From Clostridia bacterium (GTDB lineage: Bacteria > Bacillota > Clostridia > CAKSNL01 > HGM11501), in contig JAZQAZ010000020.1 of NCBI GenBank assembly GCA_045545475.1, forward strand, positions 1 to 64,000: a DNA stretch of 64,000 bases, written 5' to 3'. This document shows, piece by piece, positions 37,001 through 47,518 of the stretch. The position numbers were made by a program, and so were the translations under genes. The notes beneath the pieces were generated by a model, which made no database searches, was not told the origin of the DNA, and was given only the letters and a program-made list of their open reading frames with translations. Positions within the stretch are counted from its first letter, which is position 1. Each line of letters opens with the position of its first letter.

Positions 37001-38251
37001 ATGACTAAAAGATATCAGGACGCAAAAGAAATCTATGCAAAGCTTGGCATTGACACAGATGCTGTCATCGAAAAGCTTAAGACAATTCCCGTATCCCTTC
37101 ACTGCTGGCAGGGCGATGACGTTATCGGTTTCGACCATGACGGTCCTTTGACAGGTGGTATTCAGACAACAGGTAACTATCCCGGTAAGGCAAGAACTCC
37201 CGAAGAGCTTATGGCTGATATGGAAAAGGTTATGAGCCTTTGCCCCGGTATGAAGAAGATAAACGTTCACGCTTGCTATGCTATTTTTAATGGCGAGTTC
37301 GTTGACAGAGACAAGCTTGAACCCAAGCACTTCGCTCCTTGGGTTGCACTTGCAAAGAAGTATGGTATGGGTCTTGATTTTAACCCCACATTCTTCTCTC
37401 ATCCCATGGCTGACTCCGGTCTTACTCTTTCAAGCCCCGACGAGAATATAAGAAAATTCTGGATCGAACACGGTAAAGCTTGTATCAGAATTTCCGAATA
37501 TTTTGCAAAGGAAACAGGCGTTCCCTGCGTAATGAACATCTGGACAGGCGACGGATTTAAGGATATCCCCGCTGACAGAATGGGTCCCAGAGTTCGTTAT
37601 AAGGAATCCATCGAGGAAATCTTAGCTGAACCCTTCGACAAGAATCTTGTTAAGCCTTGTGTTGAATCCAAGGTATTCGGTATCGGCGTTGAAGCTTATA
37701 CAACAGGTTCTGCTGAATTCTCTCTTACATTTGCAGCAACACATGACGGATGCTTACCTCTTATGGATAACGGTCACTACCATCCCACAGAAGTTGTTTC
37801 CGATAAGATTCCTGCACTTCTTGCATTCTTCCCCGAAATCGCACTTCACATCACAAGACCCATCAGATGGGACTCTGACCACGTTGTGCTTTTCGACGAC
37901 GAGACAAGAGAGATGGCAAAGGAAATCGTAAGAAACGATGCTCTTGACAGAGTTTATATGGCTCTTGACTATTTTGATGCTTCCATTAACCGTATCGCAG
38001 CTTGGTCTGTAGGACTTCGCAGCTGGCAGAAGGCACTCCTTATGGCTATGTGCACACCCAATGCAAAGTTCAAGGCTCTTCAGGACGAAGGTAAGCTTAC
38101 AGAGCTTCTTGTTATGCAGGAAGAAGTTAAGACACTTCCCTTCGGCGATATCTGGGCTGAATACTGCGAGCGTTGCGGCGTAAAGGGCGATGCTTCCTGG
38201 TACGACGAAGTTGTGGCATACGAAAAGGACGTTCTTTCCAAGAGAGCATAA
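37001..38251 (+). CDS. rhaA: L-rhamnose isomerase
   Basis: SLHCWQGDDV.GF, GNYPGKART, DFNPTFFSH, ESKVFGIG.E, GHYHPTE, RWDSDHVV, LDYFDASINR. Confidence 0.96.
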   Translation: MTKRYQDAKEIYAKLGIDTDAVIEKLKTIPVSLHCWQGDDVIGFDHDGPLTGGIQTTGNYPGKARTPEELMADMEKVMSLCPGMKKINVHACYAIFNGEFVDRDKLEPKHFAPWVALAKKYGMGLDFNPTFFSHPMADSGLTLSSPDENIRKFWIEHGKACIRISEYFAKETGVPCVMNIWTGDGFKDIPADRMGPRVRYKESIEEILAEPFDKNLVKPCVESKVFGIGVEAYTTGSAEFSLTFAATHDGCLPLMDNGHYHPTEVVSDKIPALLAFFPEIALHITRPIRWDSDHVVLFDDETREMAKEIVRNDALDRVYMALDYFDASINRIAAWSVGLRSWQKALLMAMCTPNAKFKALQDEGKLTELLVMQEEVKTLPFGDIWAEYCERCGVKGDASWYDEVVAYEKDVLSKRA

Positions 38252-38261
38252 AATTACATAT

Positions 38262-38298
38262 AAGAAAAAAGATGGACGGTTTTCCGTCCATCTTTTTT
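38262..38298. terminator. Bidirectional terminator between rhaA and the topoisomerase B gene
   Basis: AAAAAAGATGGACGG-TTTT-CCGTCCATCTTTTTT. Confidence 0.9.
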
Positions 38299-38349
38299 GT
38301 CATTCTGAGGGAATTTATGACCGAAGAATCTGAAACATAGAGCCTTCAA

Positions 38350-40347
38350 TCAGCTTATATCAAGCATATCCATATACTGGTTTCCGTTTTCGGCAATATA
38401 GTCCTTTCTACCGTCTAAGTTGGAGCCCAAGAAAAGCTCAAACATATCTGCGGTTTCCTTGGCATCGGAAGGCATAACCTTTATCAAGCGTCGGGATTCG
38501 GGGCACATTGTGGTAAGCCACATCATTTCCGCTTCGTTTTCACCGAGTCCCTTTGAACGCTGGATAGTATATTTAATACCTTCGGCATCTAAAGGAGCTA
38601 AAATCTCGTTCTTTTCGTTTTCGTCATAGGCAAAGAAGGTTCTGCCCTTTTTCTCCTTGGTGTTGATTTCAAAGAGGGGGGTTTCTGCAATAAACACCTT
38701 TCCTTCCTCAATTAAAGAGGGGGTGAGAATGTAAATCATTGTTAGCACAAGGGTTCTTATCTGGAAGCCGTCATAGTCGGCATCGGTACAGATGATGATT
38801 TTGCTGTAGTTAAGGGCATTTATATCAAAGTCGGAAAATTCCTTATTTAATTTGGTCTTTGCTTCGATTCCGCAACCCATAATTCGTATAAGGTCTAAGA
38901 TAATGTCGCTTTTGAAAATCTTATCAAAGTCAGCCTTTAAGCAGTTAAGAATCTTACCTCTTATTGGCATAATTGCCTGAAACTCAGCATCACGGCTCAT
39001 TTTACAGCTTCCTGCCGCAGAGTCACCCTCTACTATAAAGAGCTCACGACGTGAAACATCCTTAGTTCTGCAGTCGATAAACTTCTTTATCTTTGTTGTA
39101 ACGTCAAGGGAAGATGAAATCTTCTTGCTCTTTAAGTTTACTCTGGTACGCTCGGCTGTTTCACGGCTTCTCTTATTTAAGAGAACACGCTCTGCAATCT
39201 TATCTGCCTCGGCACGGTTTTCGATAAAGTAAACCTCTAAGTTATGCTTTAAGAAATCAGTCAGTGCTTCTTTGATAAAGGCATTGGTTACAGCCTTCTT
39301 AGTCTGGTGTTCATAGCTTGCGATGGTGGAGAAGGAGCTTATTATGAGGATAAGGCAGTCTGCAACATCGTTAAAGGTTATTTTTGATTCGTTTTTCTGA
39401 TACTTGTTTGACTGGCGAATATACTGGTCTATGGCATAAACCAAAGCGGTTTTGGTAGCTGAATCGTGAACGCCGCCGTATTCAAGAAAGCTTGAATTAT
39501 GGTAGAACTCTATCATGGGGTCCGACGGTGTAAAACAGAAAGCTGCTTCCATTCTTACCTTGTATTCAGGCTTATCAGCCCTGTCTCGGCCGCTTCTCTC
39601 GGATTCGATATAGCGAATGGCTGTTTCTGCATTTTCACCTGCCAGTTCCTCTGCATGGCCCTTTATGCCTTCGGGATAGCAGAATTCGTATTTCTGCGTA
39701 CCTTCTGCTGTTTCATCAAAAAGAATAAATGTAAGACCTGCATTGACAATGGCCTGACGTTTTAACGTCTCCGTGAAAAATTCAATTGGAATATTAATAT
39801 CTGTGAAAACCTCGAGGTCGGGACGCCATTTCTGAATGGTGTAGGTTTTCTTGAAATTGGTTTCTATTTTTAAGAGGCCGCCTACATTTTCACCCTTTTC
39901 AAAGTGGAGGGAATAGATGTAGTTGTCACGGCATACCTCAACGTCCATATATTCGGAGGAATACTGTGTGGCACAGGCACCAAGGCCGTTTAAGCCTAAG
40001 CTGTATTTATAAGTGTCCGAGTCATTGCCGTGGTATTTACCGCCGGCGTAAAGCTCGCAAAATACAAGCTCCCAGTTGTAACGCTCCTCTTTTTCATTGT
40101 AATCCAGGGGAATTCCGCGTCCGTAGTCCTTTACCTGAATGGAATGGTCGGAAAAACGGGTGACCTCAATTACTTTACCGAAGCCTGCTCTGGCCTCGTC
40201 TATGGAGTTGGAGAGAATTTCGAAAAACGTGTGTTCGCAGCCTTCCAGACCGTTGGAACCCAAAATATTACCGGGATTATATCTTACTCTCTCGGCACCC
40301 TTAAGGCTTTGGATGGCCTGGTTATCGTAGGTGTTTTTTGCACACAT
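38350..40347 (-). CDS. Type IIA topoisomerase B subunit (clostridial ParE-like / divergent GyrB)
   Basis: GHKL ATPase (EILSNSIDE, DYGRGIP, GGK, GLNGLG) and TOPRIM motifs EGDSA, PIRGK, DADYDG, KGLGE. Confidence 0.92.
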   Translation of the reverse strand: MCAKNTYDNQAIQSLKGAERVRYNPGNILGSNGLEGCEHTFFEILSNSIDEARAGFGKVIEVTRFSDHSIQVKDYGRGIPLDYNEKEERYNWELVFCELYAGGKYHGNDSDTYKYSLGLNGLGACATQYSSEYMDVEVCRDNYIYSLHFEKGENVGGLLKIETNFKKTYTIQKWRPDLEVFTDINIPIEFFTETLKRQAIVNAGLTFILFDETAEGTQKYEFCYPEGIKGHAEELAGENAETAIRYIESERSGRDRADKPEYKVRMEAAFCFTPSDPMIEFYHNSSFLEYGGVHDSATKTALVYAIDQYIRQSNKYQKNESKITFNDVADCLILIISSFSTIASYEHQTKKAVTNAFIKEALTDFLKHNLEVYFIENRAEADKIAERVLLNKRSRETAERTRVNLKSKKISSSLDVTTKIKKFIDCRTKDVSRRELFIVEGDSAAGSCKMSRDAEFQAIMPIRGKILNCLKADFDKIFKSDIILDLIRIMGCGIEAKTKLNKEFSDFDINALNYSKIIICTDADYDGFQIRTLVLTMIYILTPSLIEEGKVFIAETPLFEINTKEKKGRTFFAYDENEKNEILAPLDAEGIKYTIQRSKGLGENEAEMMWLTTMCPESRRLIKVMPSDAKETADMFELFLGSNLDGRKDYIAENGNQYMDMLDIS

Positions 40348-40419
40348 GGTTTGTACCTCTTTCGTTAATTTTATGGGATATAAAAAGCTTAATGGGCGGA
40401 TATAATCCGCCCGTTGGTT

Positions 40420-42243
40420 TTATAATTCTGATACTGCGGGTGCTTCCGTTACGGGAGCAGTTGTTTCGGGAACCGCCGGAGTCTCTGTTACAGGCGTACT
40501 TGTTTCAGGAACTGCCGGAGTCTCTGTTACAGGAGTGCTTGTTTCGGGAACCGCCGGAGTCTCTGTTACAGGCGTACTTGTTTCGGGAACTACCGGAGTT
40601 TCTGTTACGGGAGCAGATGTTTCTGGTGATTCGGTAACAGGAGCATTGGGATCGGTAACTTCGGTGGAAGCTGCAAGCTCTGCATTTGTTCCGACACGCT
40701 TAACTTCTTTGTGAGCCATATAATAGCTTGTGGATTCTAAAGTTCTTGATTTAACTTCTCCGTCAACGGATACGATTCTGTAAACTGTGCACTTTGAACC
40801 ATTGGAACCCTTTTCGTCTATTTTTTCTTCTCCAAGGGGGAGAGTGGGGTCTTCGATAGTATCTGTTGTATAAGGAACGGCAGAAATACCTGTGGTTTCA
40901 AAAGATACTTCGAAGTTTTCTGTTTTGGTTCCCACAATTTCGCATATAACCTGTTTGCTGTCTGTGGTGTAAGCAACAATTTTTACGGGAAAGTCAGTAT
41001 CGTTGGAGAATTTGAAATCAACAGTGCCGTAGTCAACTGTGGCATCAAGTCCTATGGGAACATATGCAACACGGAACATATGGCAAAGTCTTTCTTCTAT
41101 CTTAAGGTTAGCCTTAAGAACTGATACATAAAGAGTTGATGAAACCTGACAGATGCCGCCGCCGTATTCCTGAACTGTCTCACCGTTAAGATATGCACCT
41201 GCCATCTTATAGCCTGCGGCAGCTGTACGTCTTCCAAGGGTATCGTTATAGGAGAAAACTTCACCGGGAAGAAGGATTTTTCCGTTGCAGCTTGATGCTG
41301 CAAGAGCCACGTTATGTGATCTGTTGGCACCGCTTGAAGAGTAGCTTGTGGTATATGAACTTAAAACATCACGGAAAAGTGCTTCTTCAAGTTCGTCTCT
41401 TGTATATTTGGCAAGCTCAATTGTAGCTGGGATTTCAAAAGTTTCACCGGGTTTTGTGTGCTTTTCAATAAGTTCCTTGGCAAGTTTTGCATTAACAGTA
41501 ACCTTGTCGTTTCCGTCGGTTATTTTTATGTTTCCGTCGGCATCTCTGTAATATGAAGCGGAAACAGCTTCTTTGGAATATTTATCTATAATAAGGTCAA
41601 TGTCAAGGGGAATGGGGTCGATGTTTTCAATTACGAAAGTAACAGAAGAAAAGTCAAGGTTTTTCATTGCATCGGCAAGAGTTTCTCGTGCTGTTACGGG
41701 ATTGATTGTGCGTGCACTTTTGCCGTTTGTAACAATGATTGCATCTTCTGTGAATTCATAGCTTGCCTGAACGGATTTGTCATAAGATGTAAAAGAAGCC
41801 ATGGTTTCGTCGAATATACGGTTGTTGATGTGAACGGAAAGCTCATGCTCTGTTTCTATGCCGAAAAGCGATTTAATGGCAGGCATGATAGATGAGAAAA
41901 ATCCGTCATGACCGTAATTATAAGCATTTTCAGCGGAGAGGCGACAATCATAGTCCGCACCGAATTGTGAATATGTAGCCTCTAAAACATCGTCGCCTGC
42001 AGTTATAATTATCTTTTCGTCCTTTATCACACTTATGCGGTCAAGGAGTTTTTCTTCAGCCTCATCTATGGTGCAACCTGAAAGGTCAACACCTCCCACG
42101 GTTACGCCTTTAAGTATAGTATCGCTTCCTGACTTTACAAGAGTTAACGTAACAGTTGCGATTATGAGGAGCAAAATTACTGCGACAACAATTATTGCAA
42201 TAATGGGGCCCTTTTTATTTCCTGATGAGTTTGTAAATGCCAT
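40420..42243 (-). CDS. VanW/YoaR-family protein with peptidoglycan-binding repeats and G5 domain
   Basis: N-terminal TM helix; R..NV.LA, LPGEVFSYN, GGGICQVSSTLY, DATVDYG; G5-like segment; Pro/Thr-rich tail. Confidence 0.88.
   Translation of the reverse strand: MAFTNSSGNKKGPIIAIIVVAVILLLIIATVTLTLVKSGSDTILKGVTVGGVDLSGCTIDEAEEKLLDRISVIKDEKIIITAGDDVLEATYSQFGADYDCRLSAENAYNYGHDGFFSSIMPAIKSLFGIETEHELSVHINNRIFDETMASFTSYDKSVQASYEFTEDAIIVTNGKSARTINPVTARETLADAMKNLDFSSVTFVIENIDPIPLDIDLIIDKYSKEAVSASYYRDADGNIKITDGNDKVTVNAKLAKELIEKHTKPGETFEIPATIELAKYTRDELEEALFRDVLSSYTTSYSSSGANRSHNVALAASSCNGKILLPGEVFSYNDTLGRRTAAAGYKMAGAYLNGETVQEYGGGICQVSSTLYVSVLKANLKIEERLCHMFRVAYVPIGLDATVDYGTVDFKFSNDTDFPVKIVAYTTDSKQVICEIVGTKTENFEVSFETTGISAVPYTTDTIEDPTLPLGEEKIDEKGSNGSKCTVYRIVSVDGEVKSRTLESTSYYMAHKEVKRVGTNAELAASTEVTDPNAPVTESPETSAPVTETPVVPETSTPVTETPAVPETSTPVTETPAVPETSTPVTETPAVPETTAPVTEAPAVSEL
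40448..40625 (-). repeat. Coding tandem repeat, 39-bp unit (PETSTPVTETPAV), 4 full copies plus partial copies
   Basis: On the + strand, TGTTTCGGGAACCGCCGGAGTCTCTGTTACAGGCGTACT-like units start at 40462, 40501, 40540 and 40579. Confidence 0.93.
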
Positions 42244-42403
42244 TTGTTGTTCAATCCTTTCTCGATTTATGTTAAATATACTTGAATTTCAAAAAATATA
42301 TTGCTACATTATATTATAACAAAAAAATATAGGGTTGTAAACAGTTATTTTATATAAAAAAGAATAATATTAGGCTGTGCAAATAATGAAAACGTAAAAA
42401 GTT

Positions 42404-43147
42404 TCATCGACTGTTAATGTGCATATATGTAAATTGACGTCTGAAGGCTGTAGGAGATAACCCTTCGTGATATTTGAAAAAGTTTATAAAAGCGTTAGAA
42501 TTCACAAAGTTGAGGGATGCAGAGATTTCCTTTACGGAAAGGTTTGTGTTGGATAAAAGATTTTTGGCCGAGTTCACTATGGCACGGTCAATCAAAGCTT
42601 TTAAGGCAAATCCGCAGTGCTTTTTCGTGAGCCTGGAAAGATGTTCGCTGCTGTAGGAAAAATGGGTGGCAACTTTTTCGGCAGTAAGTTCGATTGTGGC
42701 GTTTGCCTGAATGTAGGAAAGAGCTTCTCTTACAGATCTTGGTAAAGTTTCTCTGCTGTTTTCGTAAGTGAGAAGTGAAAGAATATGCATGAGAATGGCA
42801 TCTTTCAATCCCTGATGTACGCCGGGAACCAGGCTGTAGTGCATAAGTTCCCTGAATAGATGAGGAGATGAAAAGTTCTTTGCAAAGCACGGAGCATCAA
42901 TTTCTCCGTCATGGTAAAAGTGCAGCCAGTAAAAGGAAACAGGACCGTTACTTGGCTTAAGTCCTCTGTGCATAATTCCTGCCTTCAATATTGCCGCTTC
43001 TCCTTTTTGGAGGATGATGGGGTTGCCATCCTCTTCTAAATATATATCATTTTTGAGATTGTAGATAAGCTCATGAGTTTTCTCTGTCCGCTTGGGATGA
43101 ATCCACAAAACATCCGAATCAAACAATCCCATGTAATCGAATTTCAT
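42404..43147 (-). CDS. AraC family transcriptional regulator
   Basis: N-terminal cupin-like domain (FYWLHF) and C-terminal double HTH (LSVKEIS..LNF...F...FK...GLSP..FR); divergent from GH127. Confidence 0.92.
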   Translation of the reverse strand: MKFDYMGLFDSDVLWIHPKRTEKTHELIYNLKNDIYLEEDGNPIILQKGEAAILKAGIMHRGLKPSNGPVSFYWLHFYHDGEIDAPCFAKNFSSPHLFRELMHYSLVPGVHQGLKDAILMHILSLLTYENSRETLPRSVREALSYIQANATIELTAEKVATHFSYSSEHLSRLTKKHCGFALKALIDRAIVNSAKNLLSNTNLSVKEISASLNFVNSNAFINFFKYHEGLSPTAFRRQFTYMHINSR

Positions 43148-43249
43148 ATCAATTTTTCACACCTTTTATCTGTTTTTGATATCTTGTCATAATGCAGGAA
43201 AAATTATATAATGAATTCAAAGAAAAGTCAATAAAAAGGGGGATTTTCC

Positions 43250-45055
43250 ATGAATTACATGAAAAATAAAAATGTGGAAATTACCGGCGGATACTGGAAA
43301 AGCAAGGAAGAAATAAATCGGAAAATCACAATGGATGCAGTATGGATCCGCTTTTCTGAAACCGGAAGAATAAAGGCTATTGCCTTTAACTACGAAAAGG
43401 ACGAAGATTTTACCGTGCATCACTTCTGGGATTCGGATGTTGCAAAGTGGATGGAAGCGGCAGCTTATTTCATAGGAAAAGGATATAACGAATTTTCTGA
43501 ACGAATGGAATATCTTGTTGACGGGATAGTAAATAATCAGATGGAAGACGGATATTTTAACTCTTTTTATCAGTATCCCGGGAAAATCGGCGGACGCTTT
43601 GCCGACAGAAACATGCATGAGCTTTACTGTGCGGGACACTTAATGGAGGCAGCATGTGCATATTACGAAGCGACAGGAAAAGACAGATTTCTAAGAGCGA
43701 TGGAACGCTATGCCGACCTTATAGAAAGGGTATTCATAAAAGAAGAAAGTGCTGCATTTTCAACCCCGGGCCATGAGGAGATAGAGCTTGCTCTTGTGAA
43801 AATGTATAAAACCACGGGAAATGAAAAATACCTTGATATGGCAAAATTTTTTATAGATAAAAGAGGCACAGATAAAAAAGATTACGGAGACAGATGGGGG
43901 ATTGTTGGCGTAGGCCTTTATTCCCAGAGTCATATTCCCGTAAGGGAACAAAAAACAGCAGAAGGTCATGCCGTAAGAGCTACATATCTTTATTCAGCCA
44001 TGGCTGATGTTGCAAAAATCTGTGGCGATAAAGCTCTGAAGGAAGCTTGCGAAAAGATTTTTTCGGACATTGTAACTAAAAAAATGTATATAACCGGCTC
44101 TGTTGGCTCGGGACGCCTTGGCGAGGCGTTTACCGTAGACTATGATTTGCCAAATGAGACGGCCTATGCGGAAACCTGTGCAGCAATCGGCCTTGCGTTT
44201 TTCGCAAACCGTATGACGGAACTTGAAAAAGATGCTTTTTATGCCGACGTAGCAGAGCGGGCTCTTTATAACGGAATGATGTCGGGCCTCGGAATAGAAG
44301 GAGATGACTTCTTTTATACAAATCCTCTTGAAATTTGTTTGTTGCATCATGGCAAGGATGTTTCCGTTAAGGAGTCTGAATGGCTTCCCATAACACAAAG
44401 AAAGAAAATATTCGATTGTTCCTGCTGTCCGCCTAATCTGAACCGTGTGCTTGCCTCGTTTGGCGGTATGATTTACGGATATGAAGGGAAAACGGTTTAT
44501 GTGAATCAGTTTGCAGAAAGCAAAGGGGATGAAAACGGACTTTGGATAAAGCAGAAAACCAATTACCCGAATGACGGTAAGGTTATAATAGAAAGTAATG
44601 CCGAAAGGCTTTGTGTAAGAATTCCCTCCTGGTGCACGAAATTTACTTCCGATGTTCCCTTTAAGGAAGAGAAGGGATATGCGGTATTTGACGGAGGATG
44701 TGCGGAAATAAACATGGAGATGAAGCCTGTGATTATCGAAGCAGATCCGAACATCAGGGATAATTATGGTAAGGCGGCACTCACATTTGGACCGATTGTT
44801 TACTGCCTTGAAGGAGTGGACAATAAAGATATTTTTACTGCAAGACTTTTAAGAGACAGCGAATTTTCTTTAGAATATGACGAAAAATTCATGTTGAAGC
44901 GAATAAAGGCTAAAGGCGAAAGAAAAATAGGCACGGAAAAGCTTTACTTTGCAATGAATAATGAAAAAGAAGAGGTAACACTTGATTTTATTCCTTACAG
45001 TTGCTTTGCAAACAGAGGAGAGTGCGATATGAGGGTATGGATTGATTTGACATAA
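43250..45055 (+). CDS. Beta-L-arabinofuranosidase-like, GH127
   Basis: DSDVAKW.EA, HELYCAGH, PGHEEIE, GHAVRA.Y, YAETCA, CSCCPPN. Confidence 0.93.
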   Translation: MNYMKNKNVEITGGYWKSKEEINRKITMDAVWIRFSETGRIKAIAFNYEKDEDFTVHHFWDSDVAKWMEAAAYFIGKGYNEFSERMEYLVDGIVNNQMEDGYFNSFYQYPGKIGGRFADRNMHELYCAGHLMEAACAYYEATGKDRFLRAMERYADLIERVFIKEESAAFSTPGHEEIELALVKMYKTTGNEKYLDMAKFFIDKRGTDKKDYGDRWGIVGVGLYSQSHIPVREQKTAEGHAVRATYLYSAMADVAKICGDKALKEACEKIFSDIVTKKMYITGSVGSGRLGEAFTVDYDLPNETAYAETCAAIGLAFFANRMTELEKDAFYADVAERALYNGMMSGLGIEGDDFFYTNPLEICLLHHGKDVSVKESEWLPITQRKKIFDCSCCPPNLNRVLASFGGMIYGYEGKTVYVNQFAESKGDENGLWIKQKTNYPNDGKVIIESNAERLCVRIPSWCTKFTSDVPFKEEKGYAVFDGGCAEINMEMKPVIIEADPNIRDNYGKAALTFGPIVYCLEGVDNKDIFTARLLRDSEFSLEYDEKFMLKRIKAKGERKIGTEKLYFAMNNEKEEVTLDFIPYSCFANRGECDMRVWIDLT

Positions 45056-45200
45056 TGCACTAAAAAACATTTAAAATGCAATTTTGATAGGCAAAAAAAC
45101 AAAAAAATCAATCTGTTTATTTATTTTTATAAAAAAAGCTTGCATAAAAATAAAACAGGTGGTATAATAGAGAACGATTAAAATATTGGAGGTAATATTT

Positions 45201-45962
45201 ATGAAAAAGTTATTGGCACTCATGCTTGCTCTTCTTATGGTATTCGCATTCTGCGGATGCGGCGAAGAAGCAGTAGAGGAAAACACAGAAGAAGTAAAGG
45301 TTCTTACAATGGCAACAAATGCAGAATTTCCTCCCTTCGAATATCTTGAAGGTGAAGAAATCGTAGGTGCTGACATTGACATTGCAATGGCTATCGCTGA
45401 AAAGCTCGGCAGAGAACTTAAGATTTCTAATATCGACTTTGATGCAGCTTTAACAGGTGCAGCAACAGGTAAGTATGATATGGCTGTTGCAGGAATCACA
45501 GCAAACGATGAGAGAAGAGCAAACATGAACTTCTCTATAGACTACTATACAGCTTCTCAGGCTATCATAGTAATGGCTGACAGCGAAATTGCTACAGCAG
45601 CTGATCTTGAAGGTAAGACTATTTCCTGCCAGGAAGGAACAACAGGTGAGCAGTATCTTCTTGATAACGGCTTTGCAATCCAGTCTTTCAAGACCGGTGC
45701 AGAAGCAATCACAGCTCTTACAGCAGGTAAGGTTGATGCTGTTGTAATAGACAATGCTGTTGCATTAGCTCTTTCTTCCAAGCAGGAAGGTAAGACAAAG
45801 GTTCTTGACGAAGCTCTTACAAAGGAAGCTTACGCAATCGCATTAAAGAAGGGTAACGACGAACTTACAGCAGAAATCGATGCAGCTCTTGAAGAACTCA
45901 AGGCTGATGGTACTCTTAAAGCAATATTTGAAAAATACGAATTGCCTTACGACGAGCAGTAA
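45201..45962 (+). CDS. Polar amino-acid ABC transporter substrate-binding lipoprotein
   Basis: Lipobox-like FCGC, MATNAEFPPFEY, QEGTTG; GGAGG RBS. Confidence 0.92.
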   Translation: MKKLLALMLALLMVFAFCGCGEEAVEENTEEVKVLTMATNAEFPPFEYLEGEEIVGADIDIAMAIAEKLGRELKISNIDFDAALTGAATGKYDMAVAGITANDERRANMNFSIDYYTASQAIIVMADSEIATAADLEGKTISCQEGTTGEQYLLDNGFAIQSFKTGAEAITALTAGKVDAVVIDNAVALALSSKQEGKTKVLDEALTKEAYAIALKKGNDELTAEIDAALEELKADGTLKAIFEKYELPYDEQ

Positions 45963-45977
45963 GATGATGTTGAACTT

Positions 45978-46009
45978 AAAAAGCGGCGTATGTATGCGCC
46001 GCTTTTTTT
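45978..46009 (+). terminator. Internal stem-loop/terminator between the SBP and permease genes
   Basis: AAAAAGCGGCGTA-TGTA-TGCGCCGCTTTTTT. Confidence 0.7.
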
Positions 46010-46038
46010 GAAGAATTATAAATGAAAGGTAATATGCT

Positions 46039-46752
46039 ATGTTTACTGCAATAGTTGAATGGTTTAACAAGTGGACAGATACGCTGTATAATACGTTTAT
46101 TGTCGGCGACAGATATATGACGCTGATTCGTGGACTGGAAAAAACCCTTATCATAACTTTCGGAGCCTTGCTTATAGGTGTTGTTATAGGTACGATCGTT
46201 GCCATAATAAAGGTTTTTGCCGAAGGAAATTCTAAGATGAAATTTGTTGATGTATTATGCAATATATATCTTACGGTTATAAGAGGAACGCCGGTGGTTG
46301 TTCAGTTGCTTATTGCATTTTTCATCATATTCGTTAGTGCAGAAGACGGAACATGGGTTGCAACTTTGACATTCGGTATAAATTCCGGTGCTTATGTTGC
46401 TGAAACAATCAGGTCCGGTATTCTGGCTATAGGAAAAGGGCAGACTGAAGCCGGTCGTTCTCTTGGCTTAAGTAAGGTACAGACGATGTGGCTTATTATA
46501 CTTCCGCAGGCTTTTAAAAACATTCTTCCTGCGATAGGCAATGAAATGATTGCACTGCTTAAAGAAACTTCAGTTGCCGGATATGTGGCTGTAATAGACC
46601 TTACAAAAGCGGGAAATCAGATAAAGAACACAACATATGATCAGATTAATCCTATACTTTTAGTTGCGATTACATATCTTGTGATGGTAATTATATTAAC
46701 AAAACTTCTGGGAATTCTTGAAAGGAGGCTGCGTCAGAGTGATAAACGTTAA
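46039..46752 (+). CDS. Polar amino-acid ABC permease
   Basis: [33 protein letters not shown]. Confidence 0.94.
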   Translation: MFTAIVEWFNKWTDTLYNTFIVGDRYMTLIRGLEKTLIITFGALLIGVVIGTIVAIIKVFAEGNSKMKFVDVLCNIYLTVIRGTPVVVQLLIAFFIIFVSAEDGTWVATLTFGINSGAYVAETIRSGILAIGKGQTEAGRSLGLSKVQTMWLIILPQAFKNILPAIGNEMIALLKETSVAGYVAVIDLTKAGNQIKNTTYDQINPILLVAITYLVMVIILTKLLGILERRLRQSDKR

Positions 46753-47461
46753 AGGTCTAAAAAAAGCCTTCGGAGATCATGTTGTATTAAATGGAATTGA
46801 TCAGCATATCAAAAAGGGGGAAGTTGTCTGCATAATCGGACCTTCCGGAAGCGGCAAGTCTACATTTCTTCGCTGCCTTAATCTTTTGGAACAGCCTACT
46901 GCAGGTCAGATTTTCATAAATGGTAATGACATTACGGATAAAAAGCAGAATATAAATAAACTTCGTCAGAAGATGGGGATGGTTTTCCAGCAGTTTAATC
47001 TTTTTCCTCATATGTCTGTAAAGAAAAATATTATGCTTGCACCCGTAAAGCTTAAGCTTATGAGTGAGGAAGAAGCTGAGAAAAAGGCAATTTCGCTTCT
47101 TGAAAGAGTAGGTCTTCCCGAAAAGGCGGACGCATATCCCGGACAGCTTTCCGGTGGTCAGCAGCAGAGAGTTGCAATTGCAAGAGCTCTTGCGATGAAT
47201 CCTGAAGTTATGCTTTTTGACGAGCCTACAAGTGCGCTTGATCCCGAAATGGTAGGAGAGGTTCTTCAGGTTATGAAGGAGCTTGCCAAAGAAGGCATGA
47301 CAATGGCTGTTGTTACCCACGAAATGGGATTTGCAAGGGAAGTTGCAGACAGAGTTTTATTCATTGACGAGGGAATCGTCATGGAAGAAGGAACTCCCGA
47401 GGAAATTTTCTCAAATCCGAAGAATGAAAGAACAAAATCATTCTTAAGCAAGGTACTTTAA
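46739..47461 (+). CDS. Polar amino-acid ABC ATPase (GlnQ-like)
   Basis: [42 protein letters not shown]; GTG start after GGAGG. Confidence 0.95.
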   Translation: MINVKGLKKAFGDHVVLNGIDQHIKKGEVVCIIGPSGSGKSTFLRCLNLLEQPTAGQIFINGNDITDKKQNINKLRQKMGMVFQQFNLFPHMSVKKNIMLAPVKLKLMSEEEAEKKAISLLERVGLPEKADAYPGQLSGGQQQRVAIARALAMNPEVMLFDEPTSALDPEMVGEVLQVMKELAKEGMTMAVVTHEMGFAREVADRVLFIDEGIVMEEGTPEEIFSNPKNERTKSFLSKVL

Positions 47462-47518
47462 TAAAAATTAAAAAGGCTGCGTTCGCAGCCTTTTTGTAAC
47501 CGTTGGAATGGTGAAAAT

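Noticed and set aside
40448-40625. 39-bp repeats as a CRISPR array or iterons
   Set aside because: There are no spacers and variation falls mostly at synonymous positions of the VanW C-terminal coding frame.
40420-42243. Vancomycin resistance cluster
   Set aside because: VanW/YoaR-family proteins are widespread cell-wall proteins, and no vanHAX or vanRS genes are present.
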